This document shows positions 38,396 to 47,651 of a stretch of 64,000 bases of DNA, piece after piece. Origin of the DNA: a virus; the IMG/VR virus record IMGVR_UViG_3300036859_000973, positions 1-64,000 of that record; one strand, 5' to 3'. The stretch's first letter is position 1; each line of letters starts with the position of its first letter. The notes beneath the pieces were generated by a model. The model searched no databases and was not told the DNA's origin. It worked only from the letters and a program-made list of their open reading frames with translations. A program made the translations under genes and the position numbers.

Positions 38396-40498
38396 ATGCC
38401 CTTTGACGCGAGCGGATTCTGGGTCAAGCGCGGCGTCACGGACATCCTCCAGGCGATCAAGGACGCGCTGCGCGCCAAGCTCGGTCCGAACTTCGATCTC
38501 ACCGATGGCAGCCCTGCCTTGAAGTGGCTCCAGGCCTGGGGCGCCATGCCCCTGGCCGAGGTCGAGAACGACATGGACGACATCGTCCGCGAGGGCCGCT
38601 GGGCCGACTCGCGGAATCCGTGGGACATCTCCTTCATGTTCCCGCGGAAAGCCGCGGCGCGCGCCACGGGCGACGTCGGGATCAGCTTCAAGACCGTCCA
38701 GTCGTCGCCGGACCCGTACTTCGCGTCGGGCACGCTCACCTTCATCGACACCGCGGATCGCAGCTACGACCTGATCGACGACGTGGACCTGCCGACGAAG
38801 GCCCTCGACATCAACGAGACGGCCTCGTCCTCGGAGACCATCGACGGCACGACGACGCGCATCGCGCAGAAGTTCACGACCGCGGCGCGCGAGTTCCTCC
38901 AGGCCTTCGGCGTCAAGGTCACGGGCACGATCACGCTCACGGTGCGGATCGAGACGGACGTCGGCGGCGAGCCGAGCGGCACGCTGGCCCACGCCAACCT
39001 GGAGCGCACCGGCTGGTCGCCGACGTCCGGGAGCTTCGCGACCGAGGTCTTCACCAACGGGGCCTTCATCGACGATGGCATCTACTGGATCGTCTTCACG
39101 CGCACCGCCGGGTCCGGCACCTTCGATGGCGGGACGGGCGGCACAGCCAACCAGGTCAAGAAGTTCGCCTCGGGCGCGTGGTCGAACTCCTCGAACGTCG
39201 AGAACCTCAACATCGAGGTGATCCGCGGGGGCATCGCTAGCGTGCGTGCGCAGGTGGCTGGCGCGGCTGGCAACATCGACCCCGACTCGATCGACGACGT
39301 CTCGTTCCCAGGCGGCGCCACCATCGGCGAGCGCTGGGCCACGAACGTCGGGGAGTTCGGCAACCAGGACGCCTTCGACGGTGGCCAGGACGAGGAGACC
39401 ATCGCCCTCTACCGCACGCGCGTCCGCAACCGCCTCCACGCCAACCCGGAGTGCAGCCTCGATGGCCTCATCGCGGCCGTGGACGACGGCGTGGATGGCG
39501 TCGAGAGCGTCAGTGGCCAGGAGAACACCGACGACACCGGCAGCACGATCAACAAGGTCTTCGACAGCAACCAGACCGGCACGGCCTCGGAGACCATCGA
39601 TGGGACGACCACGAAGATTGCCCAGAAGTTCGTCACCACCGAGGAGCGCTTCGTCCAGCACGCCAACGCGAAGCTCGCGTCGGACACCTCCCTCATCTGC
39701 AAGGTACGCATCGAGACCGATACCGCAGGCAGCCCCTCCGGGGCGCTGGCCAACGCCTACTTCGAGAAGACGAACTTCGACTTCGATGGCACGAACCTCT
39801 CGACGGTCACGTTCGACAACGGCGCCTACCTTCCGGCCGGCACCTACTGGCTCGTCTTCGAGCGCACTAGTGGCAGCGGCACCTTCGATGGTGGCACCGG
39901 TGGAACGGCCGACCAGGTGAAGAACAACGACGGGACGTGGGCCCTCGACGCCAACGTCGAGAACCTCAACTCCGAGGTCCTCGGAGGCATCCCGCCCCAC
40001 GGCGCGCGCATCTACGTCGATGGGGGCGACGCCGATGCCATCGCCCAGGAGCTATGGGAGTCGCACAGCACTGGCACCACGCTGGACGGCGTGGACTCCG
40101 GCACGGCCAAGGACCGCAACAACGCCGACCAGACGGTGCGCTTCGAGCGGCCGACCATCGTCCCGATCTACATCGACATCACCATCACGAAGACCGACGA
40201 CTTCTCCGGCGACGAGGACACGATCCGCGACGAGATCGTGGACTACATCGGCGGCCTCGACACGGGTGGGACCAGCCATCCAGGCCTCGCCGTGGACTTC
40301 GACGTCATCCGGAACAAGCTCATCACGCGCGTCCTGTCGCTGACGGGCCTCGTGAACATCACGAGCCTCAAGCTCGACACCGTGGACCCGCCCGTTGCCA
40401 CCACGGGCGACATCGGCATCGCCGTGGGCGAGAAGGCCAAGATCGAGGACATCGCCGCCGACGTGGACGTGACCTTGGTTCTGGCGAGCGGGGTGTAG
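38396..40498 (+). CDS. Baseplate J-like wedge protein with two inserted homologous domains
   Basis: GAAGNI, GGQDEETIALYRTR, ENTD, IPPHGARIYVDGG, VRFERP. Confidence 0.9.
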   Translation: MPFDASGFWVKRGVTDILQAIKDALRAKLGPNFDLTDGSPALKWLQAWGAMPLAEVENDMDDIVREGRWADSRNPWDISFMFPRKAAARATGDVGISFKTVQSSPDPYFASGTLTFIDTADRSYDLIDDVDLPTKALDINETASSSETIDGTTTRIAQKFTTAAREFLQAFGVKVTGTITLTVRIETDVGGEPSGTLAHANLERTGWSPTSGSFATEVFTNGAFIDDGIYWIVFTRTAGSGTFDGGTGGTANQVKKFASGAWSNSSNVENLNIEVIRGGIASVRAQVAGAAGNIDPDSIDDVSFPGGATIGERWATNVGEFGNQDAFDGGQDEETIALYRTRVRNRLHANPECSLDGLIAAVDDGVDGVESVSGQENTDDTGSTINKVFDSNQTGTASETIDGTTTKIAQKFVTTEERFVQHANAKLASDTSLICKVRIETDTAGSPSGALANAYFEKTNFDFDGTNLSTVTFDNGAYLPAGTYWLVFERTSGSGTFDGGTGGTADQVKNNDGTWALDANVENLNSEVLGGIPPHGARIYVDGGDADAIAQELWESHSTGTTLDGVDSGTAKDRNNADQTVRFERPTIVPIYIDITITKTDDFSGDEDTIRDEIVDYIGGLDTGGTSHPGLAVDFDVIRNKLITRVLSLTGLVNITSLKLDTVDPPVATTGDIGIAVGEKAKIEDIAADVDVTLVLASGV

Positions 40499-40500
40499 GG

Positions 40501-41100
40501 ATGGGCCTCACGACGGCCCACCTCCTGCGGCGGCTGACGACGGCGTACTACAAGCGCTCCGGTGGGAACAACGAGAAGCTCGCCGACATCTTCCGCCAGG
40601 GCTACTGGGAAGGCATCGAGGACGACCTCGCGACGTTGCGCACCGAGAGCATGCTGCTCACGATGACCGACGTCGAGATCATCGAGCTATGGCAGCGCCA
40701 GTGGATCGACGTCGCGCCGCGGCCGGACGAGAGCCTCGCCAGCTACCGGCTGCGCGTCAAGGGCGCCCTCGCGCGCAAGGTCGCTGGGACGCACCCCAAC
40801 GCGATCATGGAAGTCGTCGAGGGCATGATCGACGGCGAGCTTGGCGACGTGACCATCGTGGAGAACGAGGACTTCGACACGGGGAACTTCCGGCGGGCCT
40901 ACTTCTACCTCCAATTCCCCGTCGAGCGGCTCACAAGCCAGGGCTTCACGGACGCCGAGATCACGCAGGCCCTCGCCGACATCGAGGAGGTCGTGAACCA
41001 GCTTGCCGCTGCGGGCGTCCTCGGCGAGATCAAGGTCCAGGGCGGCGCCGAGTGGGACTCTGGCATGTGGGACACCGCCGGCGACGTGTGGGGCTCCTAG
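40501..41100 (+). CDS. Baseplate wedge protein (gpI/YmfQ-like)
   Basis: PRPDESLASYRLRVK, AAAGV; follows J. Confidence 0.75.
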   Translation: MGLTTAHLLRRLTTAYYKRSGGNNEKLADIFRQGYWEGIEDDLATLRTESMLLTMTDVEIIELWQRQWIDVAPRPDESLASYRLRVKGALARKVAGTHPNAIMEVVEGMIDGELGDVTIVENEDFDTGNFRRAYFYLQFPVERLTSQGFTDAEITQALADIEEVVNQLAAAGVLGEIKVQGGAEWDSGMWDTAGDVWGS

Positions 41101-41162
41101 GCGGCTTCAAAGCGAAGGACCTTTAGGCCTGCCGTCGCGATAGCCGGACTGGCGAGACGGCG

Positions 41163-43853
41163 ATGGCGTTCACACCGCACCCGTTGACTGCGACGACCAT
41201 CAGTTCGTCGGACATGGCTAGGCACCTCGACGACCTGGCCAGCTTCCGGAACCGGTGGGTCTCTGGCTACGCCGAGACGCACTCCGCCGTGTCGCTCAAC
41301 GTCACGATCGACACCGGTGTCGCCATCATCGGGGGCCGCCGCGTCGGCGTGGCGACCGATGCCAGCGTGGTCGCGGCGCTCCAACCCAGCGACACGAACC
41401 ACCTCTTCCTGAAGTCCGACGGCACGCTCTTCGTGGACCAGACTGGCGCTGGCCCGTCGGGCGAGTCGTTCAAGCTCTACGAGTTCGTCACCGACGGCAG
41501 CGGCGTCACGTCGGTCGTGGATTTCCGCGTGGACGACGTCGGCATCGACGCAACGCTCAACGTCGAGAAGGTCGTCGCGGACGGCAGCGACCCCGGCCTC
41601 GTGGGCGGCTACGCGCTCCTGGAGCAGACGCAGCCCTACCTGCGCTTCAAGGACGGCGCCAACATCAAGCGCCTGTGGTTCCGCTCGAACAAGATCCAAG
41701 TCACGGACGACGCCGGCGCGACGCTCACGGACGACCTCGGCAACATCACGCTCACGGGAACTGCCGGGAGCATCTTCTTCGCGGGCGCGACGGGCAGTGC
41801 CACGGAGGACAACGCCAACCTCTTCTGGGACAACACGAACAACCGCCTCGGCATCGGCACAGCGACCCCGCAGTTCACCATCGACATCGCGGGTCAGGTG
41901 CGCATCCGCTCGGCGAACGCCCTCTCCTTCGGTGGCACGGGCGCAGCCGACAACGACGTCTCGCTCTCTCGCGGCGCCGCGGACCGTCTCGACCTGGCTA
42001 GCGGCGACAGCCTGCTCATCGCCACCGATGGCAGCACGGGCGCGCTCAAGTTCGGCGCCGCAGCCGATGTGGGGCTCTTCCGTGGTGCCGCGGACCGCCT
42101 CGACCTGGCGACGGGCGACTCGTTCAACATCGTCAGCGGATCGTTCCTCATCGGCGACACGGCGGTCTTCGAGAGCGACCGCGACCTGGCCGTCAGCCTG
42201 ATCCCGAACGCGAACAACACGCTGGCCCTCGGGTCCACGACGCGGAACTTCAGCGGCCTCTTCATCTCCTTCGCAGAGGGCAGCGTCCCGTACATCGGCG
42301 CGAGCGGGCAGCTTTCCCAGAACAACCTTGCCCTCAACTGGGACAACGCCAACAAGAAGCTCCAGCTTGGCGACGGCACGACCCTCGACGTGACGCTGTA
42401 CCGCAGTGCCGCGAACGTGCTCAAGACCGACGACTCGCTCACCGTCGCCATCGACCTTGACGTCACGGGCACCGTCAAGATCGGCGCGACGACGGTCTTC
42501 GAGGCAGACCGCGACTTCGCCATCGACTTGCTGCCGAACGCCGACAACGCCCTCGACCTCGGCAGCGCCGCGAAGCGGTTCGCCGAGGTCAACGGGGTCA
42601 TCGTCCAGGTCTTCGCCGCCGCGAGCGATGCGAACCCGATCGTCAAGCTCAGCAGCAACACCATCGAGATGGGCGCCGGCGGGGCCAGCGCCGTGGACGT
42701 GCGCCTCTTCCGCGGGGCCGCGGATCGCATGGACCTCGCCACTGGCGACTCGTTCAACCTCGTCTCCGGCTCGCTGATCTTCGTTGCCGGCGCCAACCAG
42801 GCCGCCCTGAGCCGCGGTGCCAACGACCGCCTCGACCTCGCCAGCGGGGACAGCTTCAACATCGTCAGCGGCTCGCTGCTCTTCGCCGCGACCGCCGTCA
42901 TCGACAGCAGCCGCAACCTCGTGGGCATCAACGCCGTTGCGCAGGCCCTCTCGCCCGACGCCACGGGTACGCGCGACCTCGGCACGACGTCGCTGAAGTA
43001 CCGCGACGTCTTCGCCGTCAAGGTCAAGGGTCTCAGCGATGGCGCGGCCACGGGCGAGGCCATCGTGTACGGCCAGGCTGCCGGCGGCGACCTGGGCGGG
43101 ACGTATCCGAATCCGACCGTACCTGCTGCGGCGTCATACGCCAACAAAGATACCAGCGCGGTTCCGGGTACTGGTGACATCTTGTGGCAAGGACCAATTC
43201 TTGCGGTGTCTGCAAATCCATCCAACAATGGTGGCGCGACACTGCCCGGTGCAATTTCTATCAATCATACATCTGGAACAACTCCTCGTAGGTTCTTCTT
43301 GACAGGTCCCTTCTCGGCAGAGGCAGCGGGTAACTCGGCAGGCGTTCCTCTTGGGACAAAGTTCTATGCGAAGGGGATCTACAAGGAACATGCAGATACC
43401 AGGTTGGCAACTACTCACGAGAAGTTTGCAGTCGGTGTCATATTCGCTGCAGACAATGTCGATACCACTGTTTTTGCCAATCAAACGGAGACCACCCGCG
43501 ATGATCGTGCCACGGTGGCTGTAGTGGTCGATGCAACGGACGAAAGTATTCAGTCATACAATACCGCAGAAGCTGGAAATGCTGCGTACACAGACAGCAC
43601 CTTTGATGCCGCCCTCGCAAGTGGAACTGAGTTCGAGATCATTGTTGAAGTTCCAACCGGAGCTAACAGCGACGATGACGTCTTGGTCACGATCAAGATC
43701 AGGGATAGTGGAGGTACGATGCGCACGATCTTCAGCGCAGCCGTCCCGGCATCTACCTCGGCCACTGCAAATCGGGCAGTCTTTCCAATCATCTTGATTA
43801 ACCAGGCGGCAACAGTTTACAATCTCTTTGGCAAGCTGGAGAAGGCGGCCTGA
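41163..43853 (+). CDS. Tail fibre protein
   Basis: Four L(S/F)RGA(A/N)DR(L/M)DLA(S/T)GDS repeats, FWDNTNNRLGIGT, GGDLGGTYPNP; compositionally distinct C-terminus. Confidence 0.85.
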   Translation: MAFTPHPLTATTISSSDMARHLDDLASFRNRWVSGYAETHSAVSLNVTIDTGVAIIGGRRVGVATDASVVAALQPSDTNHLFLKSDGTLFVDQTGAGPSGESFKLYEFVTDGSGVTSVVDFRVDDVGIDATLNVEKVVADGSDPGLVGGYALLEQTQPYLRFKDGANIKRLWFRSNKIQVTDDAGATLTDDLGNITLTGTAGSIFFAGATGSATEDNANLFWDNTNNRLGIGTATPQFTIDIAGQVRIRSANALSFGGTGAADNDVSLSRGAADRLDLASGDSLLIATDGSTGALKFGAAADVGLFRGAADRLDLATGDSFNIVSGSFLIGDTAVFESDRDLAVSLIPNANNTLALGSTTRNFSGLFISFAEGSVPYIGASGQLSQNNLALNWDNANKKLQLGDGTTLDVTLYRSAANVLKTDDSLTVAIDLDVTGTVKIGATTVFEADRDFAIDLLPNADNALDLGSAAKRFAEVNGVIVQVFAAASDANPIVKLSSNTIEMGAGGASAVDVRLFRGAADRMDLATGDSFNLVSGSLIFVAGANQAALSRGANDRLDLASGDSFNIVSGSLLFAATAVIDSSRNLVGINAVAQALSPDATGTRDLGTTSLKYRDVFAVKVKGLSDGAATGEAIVYGQAAGGDLGGTYPNPTVPAAASYANKDTSAVPGTGDILWQGPILAVSANPSNNGGATLPGAISINHTSGTTPRRFFLTGPFSAEAAGNSAGVPLGTKFYAKGIYKEHADTRLATTHEKFAVGVIFAADNVDTTVFANQTETTRDDRATVAVVVDATDESIQSYNTAEAGNAAYTDSTFDAALASGTEFEIIVEVPTGANSDDDVLVTIKIRDSGGTMRTIFSAAVPASTSATANRAVFPIILINQAATVYNLFGKLEKAA

Positions 43854-43855
43854 GG

Positions 43856-44182
43856 ATGACCTGGACCGAGGATGAGGGCCGGCGCATCGAGACGCTCGTG
43901 GCCAACGCCGAGGCGAACGCCCGTGCCCTCCTGCGGATCGAGCAGTCCGTGATCGGCTATCCTGGAATCGGTGGTGGTCTCATCTCTGACATGCGCGACG
44001 TGGAGCAGCGCCTCGCGGTGCTGGAGCGGTCCTCGTTCACGGCATCGGACATCGAAGGCATCGAGGAGCGCCTCGGCGAGATCGAGAAGAAGATGTACGT
44101 CGCGAGCGCCGCCTACGGGGCGGGTTCGGCCATCGCCATCTTCGTGGTGGCGGAGATCATCCTGCGCCTGGTCCCGATCTAG
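43856..44182 (+). CDS. Coiled-coil protein with C-terminal TM helix (possible lysis protein)
   Basis: Coiled coil plus hydrophobic tail, after the fibre gene. Confidence 0.55.
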   Translation: MTWTEDEGRRIETLVANAEANARALLRIEQSVIGYPGIGGGLISDMRDVEQRLAVLERSSFTASDIEGIEERLGEIEKKMYVASAAYGAGSAIAIFVVAEIILRLVPI

Positions 44183-44481
44183 TACGGGAACAACGCTGTG
44201 TGGAGGGGCGAGTCTTTCAGTACGGGCGTGCATGCTCCCCACGATGTGGGACGACGGGGAGCTTCAGGTCATCCAGAGGCTGGAGCGCATCGAGGATGCC
44301 ACCACGCGGCGCATCGAGCGACTCATGGACGAACTCGTCCACAGCCGGGGCGAGATCCTGGCGTGGCCGCCCGCCTAGCGGCTTATAAAGCGGGCTCAGT
44401 TCGGGCGCATAGTTCACGTCACGCACTGAGCGCGCGTCAACTTCGGAACGGTTAAGTCTCTCTGGACCAGGTTCCGGGCCC

Positions 44482-44757
44482 ATGCCAACAGCCTCCGCAT
44501 CCGCGAACGTCAAGGTCAAGACGGCCGGCGGAGGCGTCGCCAGCGTCTTCGACTGGCGCGTCGGCGAGGACACGGTGGACAAGCTCGTGCCGACGGGCAT
44601 CGCTTGGGCGGGCCTGATCATCGGCTTCCTCATCCCGCTGATCGAGGAACTCGCCGCGCAGCAACTCATCGAACTGACCCCGGGCGTGCAAGCCCTGGTG
44701 CAGTCGCTGACCGTTCTCTATGTAGGGTTCCACGCGCGCGGCAGCCTGCGGGCCTGA
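44482..44757 (+). CDS. Holin-like two-TM protein
   Basis: Two hydrophobic helices; CTTATAAA TATA box at 44382-44389. Confidence 0.5.
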   Translation: MPTASASANVKVKTAGGGVASVFDWRVGEDTVDKLVPTGIAWAGLIIGFLIPLIEELAAQQLIELTPGVQALVQSLTVLYVGFHARGSLRA

Positions 44758-44759
44758 GC

Positions 44760-44954
44760 CTACTTCGCCAGCCGGGCGAGGATGCGCTCCAGGCGCGCGA
44801 GGCGCTCCTCGACCGTCAGGTGGTGGTATGCCGGCGTGGGGATCTCCCAGCGGTCAGGGACAACGTGGTCCTCGACGGCGAGGTCGCACTCGGGCGCGAT
44901 CGAGAGTTCCATGGCGTCGATGCGTTGGATTGTCTGCTCAGTGTTTCCTGCCAT
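44760..44954 (-). CDS. Hypothetical protein
   Basis: Ends LTVEERLARLERIL. Confidence 0.55.
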   Translation of the reverse strand: MAGNTEQTIQRIDAMELSIAPECDLAVEDHVVPDRWEIPTPAYHHLTVEERLARLERILARLAK

Positions 44955-46803
44955 CGGGTTCTTCCTCCTTGATGCCCAGTAGCTCGCGCGAGATCCGCGC
45001 GCAGCGGCGGAGCGAGATCAACTGCGCGCGCCCACCGGCGCCGCCCTTCCCGTCCTTGGCCGGCGGGCCCACGTCGATCATCGGCCAGCGGCCGAGGTGG
45101 AGGGCCTCCTCCAGCATCTTCCAATCCACCTCGCGCTCCGCCTTCACGCCGAAGGTCTCGCCATCCTTGGTGGGCCGCGTGACGTTGACGCCCGAGAGGC
45201 TGTCCAGGAGCCGCTGCCTCGGTGGCAGGCCCGTGGCCCACACGCGCGCCGGCTTGGGCGCCATCTCGGGATCGGCCTCGATGCGGCGCAGGATCTCCAC
45301 GGTGTACGCGGGCCCGAACGACACGATGACCCAGAAGTTCTTCGAGATGCGGGCCAGGTGCTTCAGGGCTTGCGAGCGCGTGGCCTGCCAGCCGCGGAGG
45401 CGCTCGTTCCAGGCGTCGTTGGACTCCCCCCCGATTGGCTCCAGCTTGTCGTCGGTGAGCATGTCGATGGGGTCGAACTCGATGATGAGACCGTGGACGT
45501 AGGAAAGCTGGCGGTCGAGCTTGCCAGGGTCCTCCTTGTTGCGCCACGTCGCGACGTAGTCGCCCCAGGTGTTGTGAGTGACGATGAACCTCTCCGCGAC
45601 GTAGAGACCATCTTTGTTGGCGACACGGATGCAAACTGCCTCGGCATCGCCCAATAGCTTCACGTTTTTGATCGAGCGCTTAACTGAGTGGGAACGGCGC
45701 CCTCTTTGTTTTTGGGAGTCTTGCTTGCGTGTTGTCCTGAACGGCTGCACCCAGGATGGATACTTAACAGAAATTGTCCAGTTTTTGCGCCCGGTTTTCT
45801 TGTTCCCTTTGTAGGTGTATTGACTGTTGGTCCTGCTGTTGCACCACACGACGCATCCTAGACTCTCTGCCAGATGTATGAAGTCCTCCGTCAGCTTTGG
45901 ACTTGTTGTGCCATATTTTACCGAGGTACGATCGCGACAGGCCCATCCATCGGTGTCCATCATTCCTTGGAGAAGGGCCACCCGTTGCTCTACGCTCCCA
46001 AACAGATAGGTCTCTGGAATGAACTTCTCCCATGCACGATGGCCCGAGAGACCGAGTTTTCGTAGAGCAATGAGGTAGGGGTGGCGTTCACCGTATCCGG
46101 GTGAGCCGCTGATCCTCCATGTGATTCCTCTCTTGTCTGGAACAAGGCGAAGACCATCTGGCAGTAGGGCCCTGACGTTCTCAACCAATTCGGCGTCTCC
46201 TTTGGTGAATGTGACATCATCGCCAGTTAGACATCCATCTCCTAGCAAGACGCCAAGGACATATGGATGGATGGGGAGGTTTTTGCTTGAAAATTGCACA
46301 GGTTCCACGATGGGCAGGTGCCAACGATAACCACCGTGCCTCCACCTGACACTGTTGGCAATTTCCTTGAGGGGAATTGTTCTCCATGTACCGCCCGACT
46401 GTCTAACGGTCCAGAGGTGTTCTTCGGTACAACGTGTCTTGGCTCCATCCGTGAGCAGGACTTCGTAGATCGGAACCTTGCCTTGTGGGAAAACTCCAGT
46501 GATTGTCGTAGGATTTCCGTCGGAACCGATGACGCGGTCGCCAACAGAGAGCTTCCCGATGGGAATCCATCCATCTGGCGTCAGGATCGGGGTGTCGATC
46601 GGATGCGCCTTGCGCTCGAAGCGGATCTCCAGCTTCGCATGGTGGTTCGCGGGTCGAGGGTCCTCGACGATCACAAGGAAGTCATACCTAAAAGGCGAAC
46701 CGTCGTGGTCCTCCTCCTCGATGTCGAGATTCCAGATCTCGTCGCACTCCTGCTTGAAGATGGGCTCGTCGCGCGCCTCGCGCTCGTCCACGATGACTGT
46801 CAC
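44938..46803 (-). CDS. ERCC4/XPF-family structure-specific nuclease containing an intein
   Basis: IVDERE, YDF, ERK|T.GDY...KLDRQL, LIIE. Confidence 0.85.
   Translation of the reverse strand: MTVIVDEREARDEPIFKQECDEIWNLDIEEEDHDGSPFRYDFLVIVEDPRPANHHAKLEIRFERKAHPIDTPILTPDGWIPIGKLSVGDRVIGSDGNPTTITGVFPQGKVPIYEVLLTDGAKTRCTEEHLWTVRQSGGTWRTIPLKEIANSVRWRHGGYRWHLPIVEPVQFSSKNLPIHPYVLGVLLGDGCLTGDDVTFTKGDAELVENVRALLPDGLRLVPDKRGITWRISGSPGYGERHPYLIALRKLGLSGHRAWEKFIPETYLFGSVEQRVALLQGMMDTDGWACRDRTSVKYGTTSPKLTEDFIHLAESLGCVVWCNSRTNSQYTYKGNKKTGRKNWTISVKYPSWVQPFRTTRKQDSQKQRGRRSHSVKRSIKNVKLLGDAEAVCIRVANKDGLYVAERFIVTHNTWGDYVATWRNKEDPGKLDRQLSYVHGLIIEFDPIDMLTDDKLEPIGGESNDAWNERLRGWQATRSQALKHLARISKNFWVIVSFGPAYTVEILRRIEADPEMAPKPARVWATGLPPRQRLLDSLSGVNVTRPTKDGETFGVKAEREVDWKMLEEALHLGRWPMIDVGPPAKDGKGGAGGRAQLISLRRCARISRELLGIKEEEPDGRKH
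45571..46608 (-). mobile_element. Ala-initiated (class 3-type) intein with LAGLIDADG domain, 346 aa
   Basis: Starts AHPIDTPILTPDGW; HLW, VCIRV, VTHN|T; YVLGVLLGDG and LLQGMMDTDG; lower GC. Confidence 0.9.
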
Positions 46804-47063
46804 GTCTTGGCCTCCGGGACCAGTTGGTCCTCCAACGGACGCTGGAGGATCAGGACGGCCCCGTCGCGCTCGAAGGCGGCGACGCGCGTGATGAGGACGT
46901 CGAGGCGAGCCCGCGCCGTTGCCGCGTCGTCCTCGATCTGGCGCAGGATGTCGCGCTGCGCGGCGATCTCGTCGGCGAGCTTGTCCACCGCCTTCGCGAG
47001 CGCCTTCAGGGCCTTGGCGTGCTCGTCAATCAAGCCAGGATCACCATCTTCTTCATGCACCAA
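46800..47063 (-). CDS. Coiled-coil hypothetical protein
   Basis: GTGA overlap with the ERCC4 start. Confidence 0.55.
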   Translation of the reverse strand: MVHEEDGDPGLIDEHAKALKALAKAVDKLADEIAAQRDILRQIEDDAATARARLDVLITRVAAFERDGAVLILQRPLEDQLVPEAKT

Positions 47064-47312
47064 CCGCAGCCGAGCGTCGGCGCCTCCATCTGGCTCGTCG
47101 TGTAGAGCAGCGTCGTTGGGCGCTGCTCGGTACGGTTGCCCGGACAGTGTGGCGTCACGCAGCCGTACTTGACGGTGCCGTTCACGAGCACAGACATCGG
47201 TTCACCTACCTGGGGCGCGCGCCCGGATGCGGCGGCGGAGGGATACACACATGGCCACCCGAGGGTTTCCACGAATGAGCCGCCGCCTGGGCCGCCGGGC
47301 GCACGTCCGGTC

Positions 47313-47651
47313 TTACTTCTTCTCCTCGGCCTTCGCGGCGCCCTTCGGCTCGCGCATGGGGATGCCAAGCTCCTTGTGGATCTCGTCGAGCACGCTCAGG
47401 AACTCGGTCTCGATCGCCTCGACGCGCGTGCTGGCGTCGGCCCTGGCGGCCCTCAGGAGCCCGCGGAGCGCGACGAGCTTCGGCTCCAGGATCTCCATGG
47501 CCTTGGCCTCCATCGCCTTGTCGGCCGCGGCCTTGGCGACCTTGATGGAGAAATCCCCGCCCAGGTCGGTCTTGCCGCTGATGTAGGTCGTGTCGTCGCG
47601 CGTCTGGATCTTCAGTTCCGTGGCCCCAAACTCAGTCCTCGTGTGGTTCAC
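47313..47651 (-). CDS. Hypothetical protein
   Basis: GTG start overlapping the ATPase stop, with GGAG RBS. Confidence 0.55.
   Translation of the reverse strand: MNHTRTEFGATELKIQTRDDTTYISGKTDLGGDFSIKVAKAAADKAMEAKAMEILEPKLVALRGLLRAARADASTRVEAIETEFLSVLDEIHKELGIPMREPKGAAKAEEKK

Noticed and set aside
28129-41100. Tailocin / extracellular contractile injection system
   Set aside because: Capsid, portal, terminase and replication genes are present, consistent with a complete virus.
41163-44480. Diversity-generating retroelement targeting the fibre tip
   Set aside because: No reverse transcriptase and no template/variable repeat pair differing at adenines seen in this window.
44390-44481. tRNA or ncRNA after the TATA box at 44382
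   Set aside because: Two modest hairpins but no cloverleaf; more simply a 5' leader of the holin-like gene.
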